Source of the DNA: Cyanidioschyzon merolae
Taxonomy: Eukaryota
Reading direction: 5' to 3' (one strand)
Assembly: GCA_000091205.1 (NCBI GenBank)
Contig: AP006494.2
DNA: 64,000 bases
This document shows, one piece after another, positions 33,489 through 44,889 of this stretch. The first letter of the stretch is position 1. Each line of letters begins with the position of its first letter. Made by a program: the position numbers and the translations under genes. The notes under the pieces were generated by a model. It was not told the origin of the DNA, did no database searches, and was given only the letters and a program-made list of their open reading frames with translations.

Positions 33489-34514
33489 ATGATTGAACTT
33501 GTCGTTCACTCGGATGGAGTGTCTTCACCGGACTGGAACGCTGGAGAGGTTCCGCTCCGCGTTGCATATCAGGGCGAGCCTGGGGCGTACTCGGAATCAG
33601 CTGCAATCGAGTACTTTGGGGAAAATCTCCAGCTGGTGCCCTGTGAGACGTTCGAAAAGGTTTTTGAGCTTGTTGAGAAAGACGGCGCTGATCGAGCTGT
33701 TCTTCCGATTGAGAACTCATTGGCCGGAACGATCCACCGCAACTATGACTTGTTGCTCCAGCATCAACTCCATATTGTCGGTGAGGTCGACTTTTGCGTG
33801 CGACACTACTTGCTGGCACTTGAGGGCGTCGAGTTGAAAGATGTGCGCGTTGTCCAGAGTCATCCGATGGCGCTTGCGCAGTGTGAAAAGTTCCTGTCCG
33901 AAAACGGACTTACCCGCGAAGTAGCGCTGGATACTGCAGGCAGTGCACGTCTCCTGCGCGATAAGGGCTATCGGGATCGTGCGGCTATCGCAGGGGCTCG
34001 TGCCGCGCAAATCTACGCTCTGAATATCTTGCGTGAAGATATAGAGGATGAACCTGAGAACTTCACGCGTTTCCTGATTCTGGCGCGAACGCCTTGCGCA
34101 GCGCCACCGCTTGGGGTACCGGCCAAGACATCGATCGCCTTCTCGCTGATCAACACGCCGGGAGCCCTATTCAAGGCGCTCTCGGTCTTTGCTCTCCGAG
34201 ATATTGATCTTACCAAAATTGAGTCCCGCCATTTGAGGTCCCTTCGACATCTGCGTTCCCGGGAGAGCGCGCAGCTCCGTGCAAGTTCGACGAACGGTAG
34301 GTCGGATACGCTTGCGTCCATTGCCAGCAGGGGAGTATCGGACAACGCCGACGTGGAGAACGTTCCAGATCGGCGTCGATGGGAGTACCTTTTTTACCTG
34401 GACATATCTGCCAGCCTCGCGGATACCAAAACGAATAACGCGCTTAACCACCTCGCAGAGATTACGACTTTCATCAGGGTACTGGGGAGTTACCGGCGTC
34501 ATTTGGCCGAGTAA
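33489..34514 (+). CDS. pheA: prephenate dehydratase (PDT domain + ACT domain)
   Basis: RVAYQGEPGAYSE..., then PIENSLAGTIHRNYDLL, then the ACT region with ESRHLRS and YLFYLDI. Confidence 0.85.
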   Translation: MIELVVHSDGVSSPDWNAGEVPLRVAYQGEPGAYSESAAIEYFGENLQLVPCETFEKVFELVEKDGADRAVLPIENSLAGTIHRNYDLLLQHQLHIVGEVDFCVRHYLLALEGVELKDVRVVQSHPMALAQCEKFLSENGLTREVALDTAGSARLLRDKGYRDRAAIAGARAAQIYALNILREDIEDEPENFTRFLILARTPCAAPPLGVPAKTSIAFSLINTPGALFKALSVFALRDIDLTKIESRHLRSLRHLRSRESAQLRASSTNGRSDTLASIASRGVSDNADVENVPDRRRWEYLFYLDISASLADTKTNNALNHLAEITTFIRVLGSYRRHLAE

Positions 34515-35629
34515 TGCATCGCCTAGTTCTCGGCGAAGGACTCGCATTGAACTTGTGGAACGCAGCGGATGCACGCAAAAGCCATGCGTCTTCTCCGCTA
34601 CAGCGTCCTGATCCGGTGCAGCGTTCGCGATATCGATTCTTGGCCGAAAACTTGCACAGCTTCAGACACGCTTCATCGCTCAAACGCGAATGAGCAAGAG
34701 CGGCCACGTCCGCTGCTCCTCGGTTTGATCGCTGGCCCCGATGACCAGGGGTTCCCTCCGCCCCAACCGCCCGTGTCCAGTTGCACTGCACGTAGGGACG
34801 TCCTTACGCTAATACGCGGGCCCTTGGCACAGAATCCATGGCGATTCTCAGCGTCCAGCGCGACCTCTTACGTTGTTGCCGACAGCGCGGCCGTATATAA
34901 GCACTGTGTCGCGCTCACAACAACAGCAACACCAACGCGTCCATGCTCATGTAGATGCCTTTTCGGCGGAGAAATTCGTCTACGGCCACCGATACATTTT
35001 GCGTAAAAGCATATCACAGAAAGCCCATCGCAAGTCTCGAACCTGAAAAGCCATCCAAGGTCCTCCATAGCCTCCGACGTAAAGCATGCCACAAGCACAT
35101 TGCGTGCTGTCGATTGGAGCACCTCGACAAGCAGCACGCATCCAGCTTTCGTGCGACCTCTAGGCGCCGCAAGCAAGGCCACGTTGCTGTGAAACTGCAC
35201 TGAATTCATGCAATGCCCGCGATAGACGCTGCACCTGTTGGGTTATCGGACAAAGGAAGCCTCAGCCTATCAAAAGGAGACTCATCTGGTGCTAGTTGAA
35301 CGTAGAACGCGCTGTGGAGAAACTGCAATACCTGTTGGGACGCCGTATTCGCGCCACCTCGGGTGCCGGGTTCAGTCGACGCACGACACGCACATTCGAC
35401 GCCTTCCGAGAATCGCGTACCGCTGCGCACCGCCGCGACGCTTCACGCCAGTCGCTGGACGCTGGGGCGGCGGCTTCCATGGACTCTCTGTCCGCTTTGC
35501 TGGGAAGCGGACACCGCGGCGGCGGCGGCGTCGATCAAAATCCTTGGGGTGGTACCCGGGTTTGTCGGCGGCGTCCGGAGCAGAAGCAAAGTCAATTCTG
35601 ACGTTGTGCTTTACGCGTGAACACTGCGT

Positions 35630-37705
35630 ATGTTGCGTTTCCTGCTACGTGCAGGCGCTCGTGCCCTGCACAGGGCGCCGGCGTTGGCTACGCTGAAGGT
35701 TCCCGAACCGGTGGTGGAACTCCGTCAGCCGTCGCTCCTTCCGCAGCGACGCCTTCGCTCAACAGGCGCTGTACAAGGCGATGTCGTTGGAATCGACCTC
35801 GGCACAACCAACTCGTGCGTTGCGATCATGGAGGGTAAGGCGCCACGAGTCATCGAGAATGCCGAAGGACAGCGCACGACACCATCGGTGGTGGCGTTCA
35901 CGTCCAGCGGTGAGAGGCTCGTAGGCATTGCAGCGAAACGCCAGGCAGTAACGAACCCAGAGAATACGATATTTGCCGCCAAGCGTTTGATCGGCCGGCG
36001 CTACGAAGACCCGGAGGTTCAACGCGATGTGAAAATCATGCCCTATAAAATCGTTCGTGCCGACAACGGGGACGCCTGGGTGGAGGCCCAAGGCAATCGG
36101 TATTCGCCAGCACAGATCGGTGCATTCGTACTGCAAAAAATGAAGGAAACAGCGGAGTCCTTCCTGGGCCGCACAGTGAATAATGCAGTGATCACTGTGC
36201 CAGCCTACTTCAATGACGCACAACGGCAAGCGACGAAGGATGCTGGTCGTATTGCAGGGCTCAATGTTTTGCGCATTATAAACGAACCAACAGCGGCGGC
36301 GTTGGCGTACGGTTTGGACAAAGCGGATGAAGGCAGAGTTGTAGCAGTGTACGACCTCGGTGGTGGCACATTTGATGTATCGATCCTAGAAATCTCGGGC
36401 GGTGTCTTTGAGGTGAAAGCGACGAACGGTGATACGCACCTCGGTGGCGAGGATTTTGATAACGTGCTGCTGAACCATCTGGTGAGCGAGTTCAAGAAGG
36501 ATCAGGGCATCGATTTGTCGCGAGACCGGCTGGCCCTGCAACGCTTGCGCGAAGCGGCGGAGAAGGCCAAGGTCGAGTTGAGCAGTACCATGCAGACTGA
36601 GATCAACTTGCCTTTCATAACAGCGGACGCCAGTGGACCGAAACATATGAACATGAAGCTCACCAGAGCGAAGTTTGAGTCTTTAGTGGACCATCTTGTG
36701 CAGCGCACACTGGAGCCCATGAAGCTCTGCCTGAAAGATGCGGGAATGTCTGCGAAAGATATTTCTGATGTGCTACTCGTTGGCGGTATGACTCGCGTGC
36801 CTGCTGTGCAACGGCTGGTTCAAGACTTTTTCGGTAGAGCTCCGAACAAGAGCGTCAATCCCGACGAGGTCGTGGCGATGGGTGCGGCAATCCAGGGAGG
36901 CGTTCTGCGCGGTGACGTCAAAGATATCTTGCTCTTGGATGTAACTCCACTCTCGCTGGGCATCGAGACTCTTGGTGGGGTTTTCACGAAGCTGATTCCG
37001 AGAAACTCGACGATTCCAACGAAGAAAAGTCAAGTGTTCAGCACCGCAGCTGATAACCAGACTCAGGTTGGTATCAAGGTTCTCCAGGGCGAGCGACCTA
37101 TGGCCGCCGAGAACAAACTCCTGGGACAGTTCGATTTGGTCGGCATTCCCCCGGCGCCGCGTGGTGTTCCCCAGATTGAAGTGATTTTCGATATCGATGC
37201 GAATGGTATCCTCCATGTCAGCGCTGTTGATAAGGGTACTGGAAAACGGAATGAGGTGGTAATCACGAGCTCCGGCGGCTTGTCGAATGAAGAGATTGAG
37301 AAGATGATTAAGGACGCTGAAATGCACGCTGAAGAGGATCGGCGGCGCCAAGCAGCTGTGGAGGCGAAGAACGAGGCAGATTCACTTTTGTACACTACAG
37401 AACGAACGCTGAGCGAGCACCGGGCCAAACTCAGTGCTACTGACGTGGAGACCGTCGAAAAGGCTGCACAAGACCTGCGTGCAGTCCTCGAGAAAGACGC
37501 TACCGCTGCAGATACGATACGCGAAAAGACGAAGGTATTGCAGCAAGCGGCCATGCGCATCGGCGAGGCAATCTACCGAGCCTCGCAGGCCTCGCAATCT
37601 ACTCAGCAGGCGCAACAGTCTCAAAGCGAGACCCCCGAGGCAGAATTCAAGGATGTGAACCAGGACAGTGACGAGAAGAAGCAGCAAGGCAAGGGAGGTT
37701 CGTAA
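35630..37705 (+). CDS. mitochondrial-type HSP70 (DnaK/mortalin-like) with N-terminal presequence
   Basis: An R-rich presequence is followed by [43 protein letters not shown] and a C-terminal lid. Full length in one ORF. Confidence 0.95.
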   Translation: MLRFLLRAGARALHRAPALATLKVPEPVVELRQPSLLPQRRLRSTGAVQGDVVGIDLGTTNSCVAIMEGKAPRVIENAEGQRTTPSVVAFTSSGERLVGIAAKRQAVTNPENTIFAAKRLIGRRYEDPEVQRDVKIMPYKIVRADNGDAWVEAQGNRYSPAQIGAFVLQKMKETAESFLGRTVNNAVITVPAYFNDAQRQATKDAGRIAGLNVLRIINEPTAAALAYGLDKADEGRVVAVYDLGGGTFDVSILEISGGVFEVKATNGDTHLGGEDFDNVLLNHLVSEFKKDQGIDLSRDRLALQRLREAAEKAKVELSSTMQTEINLPFITADASGPKHMNMKLTRAKFESLVDHLVQRTLEPMKLCLKDAGMSAKDISDVLLVGGMTRVPAVQRLVQDFFGRAPNKSVNPDEVVAMGAAIQGGVLRGDVKDILLLDVTPLSLGIETLGGVFTKLIPRNSTIPTKKSQVFSTAADNQTQVGIKVLQGERPMAAENKLLGQFDLVGIPPAPRGVPQIEVIFDIDANGILHVSAVDKGTGKRNEVVITSSGGLSNEEIEKMIKDAEMHAEEDRRRQAAVEAKNEADSLLYTTERTLSEHRAKLSATDVETVEKAAQDLRAVLEKDATAADTIREKTKVLQQAAMRIGEAIYRASQASQSTQQAQQSQSETPEAEFKDVNQDSDEKKQQGKGGS

Positions 37706-38219
37706 AACCGTGCGGCAAACGCGTGTACGTTCATTTTATCCCAGATCTCAGCACTGGGTACAGCGCTACTGTTCGGCATGCGGCGGCGTTCCTGGCCCAG
37801 AGCCTGGAGGCAGTCCATTTGCACGACGTTGCGGCGATACCGCAGTGCACGCTCGGTTCTTTTCGACTAGTTTCGAGCGTAAGCGGTCCTCAAGACTTGA
37901 AACATAAACAGGAGCGTTATTGAACTCGAGACACGACGCGCAGTGCCACTGCTGGCGAGCACAACGACGCTGTGCCAAGAGCACCGCCACGTCCCGCGGC
38001 GTGCGGTGCCATGCTAGGCAGCCGCCTCTGCGACCGCCCACTCTCCAGACAGTGCAGTGGCCACGCACAGCACTTGTTGCGATCGTCCTATGCTTTGTTC
38101 GTTCTCCTGTAGCGTATTGGCTCGATGATCCTAACCAGAGTGTCCAGATCTGCGAAAATCACTTGCTTCGGAGCTATAATAGCGCCGGCTCCCAAAATTT
38201 CGCCCGCGTTCCCGCTCCT

Positions 38220-38640
38220 GAACAGTGCCATACTTTTAGCGACTGCAACACACCGCCATGCACATCACAACGTCTCCGCAGACAGTAGTCGTCATCCGGA
38301 TCCCGTTGCACACGGATGCAGTGCAGAGGAACGATGCGCGCACCAGCAAACGCCTTTCAGAAAGCGAACGACGCCAGCGGTGTAGAGTAGTGGCGGCAAC
38401 CGCGCCCTGGACAATACGTCTCCAGCTTAGGTGCAGACGCCTCCTCGTCTTTCTCGACCGGCCACCTACTACTGCCTCCAACTTTTTCTCATATAGTTCC
38501 ACTTTGAGTGATTGTCCGACAAAATTCTCTCTGGTCAGCTCCGCAGGTCTTGTATCCATCATTGCACCAAGCCCGGAGACTAACCAACAAGTCACTTGCG
38601 GCCTTCCGAGAAAAGATAACGAATTAACGGTACATTAACG
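38220..38640 (-). mobile_element. Fanzor-family 3' fragment (#4), 5'-truncated at the LINE junction
   Basis: Its reverse complement matches copy B 44640-44905, including the C-terminal tail TRENFVGQSLKVELYEKKLEAVVGGRSRKTRRRLHLSWRR and ~100 bp beyond ggcgtctgcac. A degenerate RuvC-III remnant lies at about 38610-38635. Confidence 0.65.
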
Positions 38641-39334
38641 AAGAAGCAACACCAATAGAGGACTCTACAATAGGAAAAGAGACCCAACCAGATACGGAGA
38701 GGGAGGCACAAAGGCCTCATGATCCACCTAGATGCAAAATAACCAGAGAAAGCAGCTCAGGAAAGAGCCCGAAGAAGAAGAAGGCCAACGAGAAAAAATA
38801 GATGAATAGAAAAAAGAACTCCCGAACGAGCCCATCACAACTTGTTCCCCGAAAGAGCACCCCAGCAGGAACTCAAGAAAGCTGCCGCCAAACCAAGTCA
38901 CCTACTCACAGCGCTGAAGATGCGAAAAGCCGTGCATACAAATCTTTAGACCAATTGGCACGCGAGTATGTAGATGGGAATCAGAAGATTGCCAGAGAGC
39001 TGGGACTGCTTGCACCAGAACGTAACAGTTGCAAACCTCAGTACCTGAAACGACGTACCAAAACTCGGATTGATGAATGCCACCGACTCTATAAAATCGT
39101 CAACCGCACCGCCATACGCGCCAACGCCGGAGACAAGGAAGCGAAGGCAGCGCTACCGGTGCCACAGGCGCAACATGAAGAAGCTATCAAAAGAAAGAAG
39201 AAACTTTCCAGAGAAGACAAACGAGAGGATCGAAACCGCAGAATCGCCTCCCTGGCGAAATCTATGTTGGAGAGCACCAACGAAGATGAGACCTGGCGCT
39301 ACATTCGATCGAGACTGGACCCACCAAAAAGTGC

Positions 39335-40679
39335 TTGGGGCTCACACCAATCGTTTATAAGAAAGCGCTGAGGACGGAGAGTGCCTCAGTGAATGAGGCC
39401 TGGACGGACCACGGCACAGAATTACATGAAGACGCAACTGGGCACTGCCAAGACAGAATCTATTGGCACCAATGTGCTGCCAAACTACAGCGCCTCGAAC
39501 CGGTACCGGAATGGAACGACCCAATCTTCTGGCCTGAATCTGTTCGGACCCTGCTATGCTCAAGCAACCGCAAAACACCTGGCATCGACGGTATCTCTGC
39601 GGAGTGGATGATACTGGTGACCCCAGAAGACGGGACAACAGGGACACCATCGATACCAGATGAACTTGACACAAGCTTAGGCAAACGCCTTTTGGAGCTC
39701 ATTCAACGCATGTTTGAAGAGGCGTACATCCCGGATGTATGGAGGACTGCCGAGGTCGTACCGATCCTCAAAAAGGACTCCCACACATACACAGACATGA
39801 ACATCTACCGGACTATGCGCCTCATCCCGTCAATCATGAAGCTACTTTGCGCCATGCTCACGAACCGGATCCAGAGGCGCCTCGAGGAACGCAAGTTCTT
39901 CGCCCCAGAACAGGCTGGATTCCGGAGCCGCGAGGAGTGCATGAGCCATGCCCTGACCCTCATTGAAGTGGCGCAACGTCGCTTCATTAGCGACCAACAA
40001 CCAGCTTACGTATGCTTCATCGACTTCCAAAAGGCCTTGGACCCGGTCCCGCATGAGGCTCTATTTCTGAAGATGCAACGAGCCGGAGTCTCCGGAAAGT
40101 GCTTAGCGTTCTTCCGTGCGCTCTATGCAGACTCGTGGATGCGCATCCAACTGGGCGACTGCTCAAGAACCCCTTCCATAAGAATCCACCGTGGACTGCG
40201 ACGGGGCGACCCCACATCCCCGCTCCTTTTCAAAATCTTCATCAACGATCTGCTGAACATCTGCAGACAATACGGGCTTGAGGTGCCGTGGATAGACTGT
40301 GGAGATGCCCGATGAGGAGCCCTCACATAGGAACCGCCTCGCAGGCCGTCTATTTGCGGACGATGTCGTGCTGTTGGCACCCGCCCCGGGAACGCTTGCG
40401 GCTAGCATGGAACAAGTCAGCGCCTGGGCCGATCGCTGGGAGATGAGCATAGGAGCATCGAAGTGCGGCGTCATGGTCATCCATGGAGACTCGCAGAGCA
40501 TTCGCAATCGCTCGTGGCGGTTGCAGAATCAGGAAATTCCGATCGGGGAAAAATATCGCTACCTGGGGGTCTGTCTCACGCCGACGCTCGACGAAAAGGC
40601 ACACGTTGACGAGATGATCGCCAAGATGCATAGACGTACAGCGATCGCACGCCCAGTCCTATCCGACCTATCCCCTTAG
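39335..40679 (+). pseudogene. LINE reverse transcriptase domain (frameshifted)
   Basis: RT domains 0-7 are readable across ORFs 39335-40315 and 40299-40679. Confidence 0.75.
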
Positions 40680-40934
40680 CAATCCGTACCAGGGCACTAA
40701 GGATGTGTATCATCCAGCCTGCGACCTGGGGTGCTGAATGGTGCGGCATGAAGCACCCAAATGCCTCGCGTCTGCAGACAGCCGCCAACAGGGCAATGCG
40801 ACTCGTTGTAGTTGGATGCTCAATGCAGAGCAGAGCAACCAACCCGCTGGCACTCGGACTTGAACTCCAAATAGCCTCGATAGAAGCGATAGCGGCAGGC
40901 TGCCGGGCACGCATATGGGCCAAAAGGGCCCACC

Positions 40935-41954
40935 ATGTACACCTGGTTCAGTCGGAGTTTCATGCAGACCCCAACGCACCGCAAAAACACTTGGATGAAA
41001 TCAACGCAGATTTGGCTGAAGCGCCTCTTAGGAGACAACACGCTCCAATCGTTCCCCAGAAATATAGAATTCTCCCGTCTCCTGAAGCGAACGGTCCAAA
41101 CAACAGTACGGGAATGTAGACATGCAGTCAGTCGCGCGAGTGACGCCGGCTTGACTCTATACTGGAACTACAACCTAGCATACACATGCAAGTACTGGTG
41201 GGAGGCGCTGGGGTTCCCGGGACTTGCTCGCGGCAGCCAGTGGCTCGCCAAAATCCGCGTTGGTGGCTTCTGGCTGGCACCGGCTCTAAGCCGTATAGGA
41301 ACACCGGAATCGCACTGGGAATCACACTGTCCCTGCTGTGGAGACGAGATCCCCGAGACGATGACATATTTAGGCTTACAGTGCCCGCGCTGGAAACAGG
41401 AGCTGGACGTCACCGTGATATTCAAAGGCCGGACACTCACTTTGAGTGTAGCACTGGCAACTGATGGTCTGTTAACGGAGCCTCAGCGCTCATTAGTTGC
41501 GAACAAACTCACACTCTACCTTCTAGGCGGAAGGTCCAGCGAATCGGATGCGCACACGGGCCCAGTGCTCTCTGCGCCTACCTACTGGTGGGTGTCAAGC
41601 AGAAACCCGCATTGCCAACCGACAACAACGCATTCCATGCATGATCACGAAGGAGAGAGGCGGCTCCCAGGATTCATTCTAACAGTCAAGTTTCTCCAGC
41701 GTGTCGTGCGGCGAAGACAAGCCTGCATCCGCAGACTATCCAAGCACAAACTGACGATGAGACCGGATTCTACGTCGGGTGAACCATGCCTCGAGCCGAC
41801 GCCCTCTGTGGTATGGAAAAGCCGTTCTGTCTCCGTGCAGCGACCGCACCGGCGCTTTAGGCGCCATTGCTGTCGCTTTCGGCAGGCTCGGCACACGATA
41901 GGACGTATGAAACGACCAGAATATCCAAAACGAAGTACAGGTAATGTAACTTGA
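40935..41954 (+). pseudogene. LINE ORF2 C-terminal region with CCHC zinc knuckle
   Basis: CPCCGDEIPETMTYLGLQCPRW... lies downstream of the RT in the same element, after a frame break. Confidence 0.5.
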
Positions 41955-42493
41955 GTGTAAGGGGTTGATGGATACCTCACCGCGCACTGAAAAAACACAA
42001 AAAGAGAGAAAGAAAAGAAAAATGCGCACAATCGGAGAACGCTGGCACAAGGAAACGTTTTGTTCATTCTAAAAATCGCACTCGTTAAGCGCACCTGGGA
42101 GATCAGGCGGTCACCTGACACGACGTGCATGTCGCCATTGAAGGGAAACGCGATCCTGATCAGGAGCGTACTGCTCTACTGTACAAAATTTTATTTGCGT
42201 TAAAGTCGTAGCAAAATACAGTTTTTCAATTCATTTGTGTTTCAACCCTCAAACAAGTCTAGTCAAGTGTTTGTTCGCAGTATATTATATAAGGGTTCAA
42301 AGAGCGTTCTTTTTCAAAAAACTAAAAAAAAGGAAACCTATGAAAAAGCAAGTCGACGATCCTGGAGGTCCAGGGCCGCAGGCTGCTAGAAAAAAACAAA
42401 AACACTGCCGAGTCCAGAAGAAAATGAAGAGAAGGAGGACTGAAAGGGGAGGCTCTACGTCGAAGGCGGCAAGAAAGACAACTGTACGACGAG

Positions 42494-44760
42494 ATGGTGG
42501 TGAAAGCCGGTCTTCTTGAACATATCAAGGATCCGTACAGGGAAAAGTTGCGAGACGCTATCAAAAAACGTCTCGATTCGTACTCCAAGAGTATTGTCAA
42601 GGCGTCGTCAGGACTGATGCATGTGACGAGGGAGATGTATGAAGACGTGACGCACATCGGAACGGTCGAGATTCCGGACGAGTTTTTCGACAAGACCTTT
42701 ATTCGTCATGTGATGCTTGGTACAGAGGAAGCACGGAAGGAAAATGAGCTAGTGCATGCCCTCCACGAAAACTTCGCGGAATTCCGCTTCGAGGGCACTC
42801 GGTACAAGGGTGACTCGGATATGTACACATATGGGGCAATGAAGTACATTACGAACCTGAAGAACCATTTGACAGAGAACCTCGAACGTTTCATGAAACG
42901 CGTCGTGTTTGCACTCTACCCAGGCATCTCTTGCAATGGAAAATGGGCGATTATCAATGGCATCACGAACGATCGAAAGTATGAAGATGAGATCGAATTT
43001 GTCGACAGGAAGGCGCCGAGAGTGAGCGCGAAAGAAGCTTCTGCGATCCGCGCGGTTTTACAAGAGCATCGTGCGCTACTGGGGCTGGCGAATCCAACAG
43101 ACAAGATATCAGAGTTGAAAAAAGATAAGGAAAGATACTATCGCCTCGTCCTGCGGTATTTCGTGTTTCTGGATCGTTAACTCGAACGCTAAGCGGAGAT
43201 GAAGCTGAGTGAAGAGACAAATGAAGAGTGGGAGAGACGGAAGGCTTTCCTAATGGGGAAGCGCTTCAACGGCGTTCCAATGTGCAAGATCAAGTCACAT
43301 TTTGTGACTATCGACTCCGCAGTCCTTCATGGCATCATGAAGGAGATCAGTCCGGAGTTCAGTGTCAGCAGGGAGGAATTCTCCGGTGAAAACCGGGAGA
43401 CGCACTGGAAGAATATCTTCGATTTCAAACGCCTCTAAGTAAGCAAACAAAGGGTATTTACAGGGTTGATCGAAACAGATGGAGTAGCCTTGTGTGTACA
43501 CTATCGGCGCTTGAAGACAGATCGTCCAGCACCGCCCGTTACGAAGGATGGAGAAAAGGAGGAGGCTGGTCCTGCGACACAGGAGGTGGAGGATAATGTC
43601 CTTGTCGTTGACGCGGCGAAGGATGAGGATCAGAAGGAAGCGGGTCTTGCGATGCAGGAAGTGCATGAGAAGGACCTTGTCGTTGACGTCACGAAGTATG
43701 AAGATGAGAAGGAGGCGGAACCTGCGATGCAGAATGTGGAGGATAACGACCTTATCGTTGATGCGGCGGAGCATGAGGAAAACAAAGAGGAGGATTCTGC
43801 GACGCAGGAAGTAGAGGATAACGACCTTGTCGTTAACGCGGAGAAGCATGAAGAAACCAAGAAGGCAGGTCCTGTGACACAGAAAGTGCAGGGTAACGAC
43901 TTTGTCGTTGGCGCGGACCCTGGGAATACGAATATTATAGCCGTCGCTGTACCCAAGCGTGCGGAAGATGGTGCTGACGGTAACTTGCGTCAGAAAGACA
44001 TGCGTCTGTTGAGGTTCTCGAGAGCAAGATACTATCGAGAATCCTGTATAATGAATGCGAGGAAGAAAATCGTCAAATGGAATTCAGGAATGAAAGATCA
44101 CCTGGAAGCTTTGAGCGAGGTGACGAGTCGAGGAGCGGACTTTAAAGCTTTTCGGGAGTTCATGAAAGTTCGCGTTGCCCATTGGGATGCACTGGGGGAG
44201 GAGTATACCAAGCCCCCGGTGGGCTCGTTTGCGTATGAATTTGTATTTTGGGAAGCAGCGGGCGTTCGCGAATTTTTTCAATCAATTGAGTGCCCTGAAG
44301 GATGATGAAAGTCAGAGGCTCGTAGTAGCGTACGGGGCAGGGCAATGGAAGACCCAAAAAGGAACTACGCCAGCTCCAACGACGAGGGTGTACAAGGAGT
44401 GCGCAAGGCGTTTTGTTACAATACCTGTAGATGAGTTCCGAACATCGTATACACACCACGACTTGGGGTGTACACTTCAGAGCGTGGAGTTAGAAAAGTG
44501 CCCGCGGAGCCTTGAGGATATAAAAAAGTATGGACCGCTGACGGTAGAGCAAAATGGAAAGGATGTCGAAAGTTCGTGGACTACTTGCATTAATAAGTAG
44601 AACCAGTGATGGTAAGAAACGTATGGAGTTTGTGAACCGAGATTTTAATGCCGCTATCAATATAAGGAAATGTGCGGTGCTGGAGAATAGACCTCCAGAG
44701 TGGACAAGAGAGAACTTTATTGGACAACCTCTCAAAGTGGAACTATATGCGAAAAAGTTT
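42494..44760 (+). pseudogene. Fanzor/TnpB-like RuvC nuclease gene, copy B (two in-frame TAA stops and at least 3 frameshifts; introns not excluded)
   Basis: The N-terminal region is MVVKAGLLEHIKDPYREKLRDAI...RYFVFLDR. RuvC-I is [19 protein letters not shown] (43900-43950). It is followed by ...LVVAYGAGQW... and the Zn-finger-like region YKECARRF...GC...KCP. RuvC-III is MEFVNRDFNAAINIRKCAVL (44624-44665), and the C-terminal tail is TRENFIGQPLKVELYAKKFEEVVCGRSRKTRRRL. Confidence 0.75.
43563..43862 (+). repeat. 4 x 75-bp in-frame tandem repeat inside Fanzor copy B, immediately upstream of RuvC-I
   Basis: The units are [75 protein letters not shown] and [25 protein letters not shown]. The native fifth unit [21 protein letters not shown] follows. 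Copy A has a single unit. Confidence 0.9.
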
Positions 44761-44889
44761 GAAGAAGTGGTGTGTGGCCGGTCGAGAAAAACGAGGAGGC
44801 GTCTGCACGTCAGTTGGCGACGATTTGTCTATGGCGCCGGCCGCTACTACTGCACGCCGTTGGCGTCTTTCGACTTTCGAACGGCGTTG

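Larger units (their letters stand above)
38640..42030 (+). mobile_element. non-LTR retrotransposon (LINE), 5'-truncated/degenerate, with 3' A-rich tail
   Basis: RT motifs lie in 39335-40679 and are split by a frameshift (PGIDGI, FRSREE, FIDFQKALD, GLRRGDPTSP, FADDVVLLA). A C-terminal CCHC ORF spans 40935-41954. An A-rich tract lies at about 41985-42030. Confidence 0.8.

Noticed and set aside
36773-37560. Two overlapping minus-strand ORFs (192 and 165 aa) inside HSP70
   Set aside because: Antisense artefacts of GC-rich coding sequence.
43295-43956. Minus-strand ORFs with repeated VNDKVVILH units, and a + strand Arg-rich ORF at 43548-43814
   Set aside because: These are alternative-frame and antisense readings of the 75-bp tandem repeat inside Fanzor B, not independent genes.
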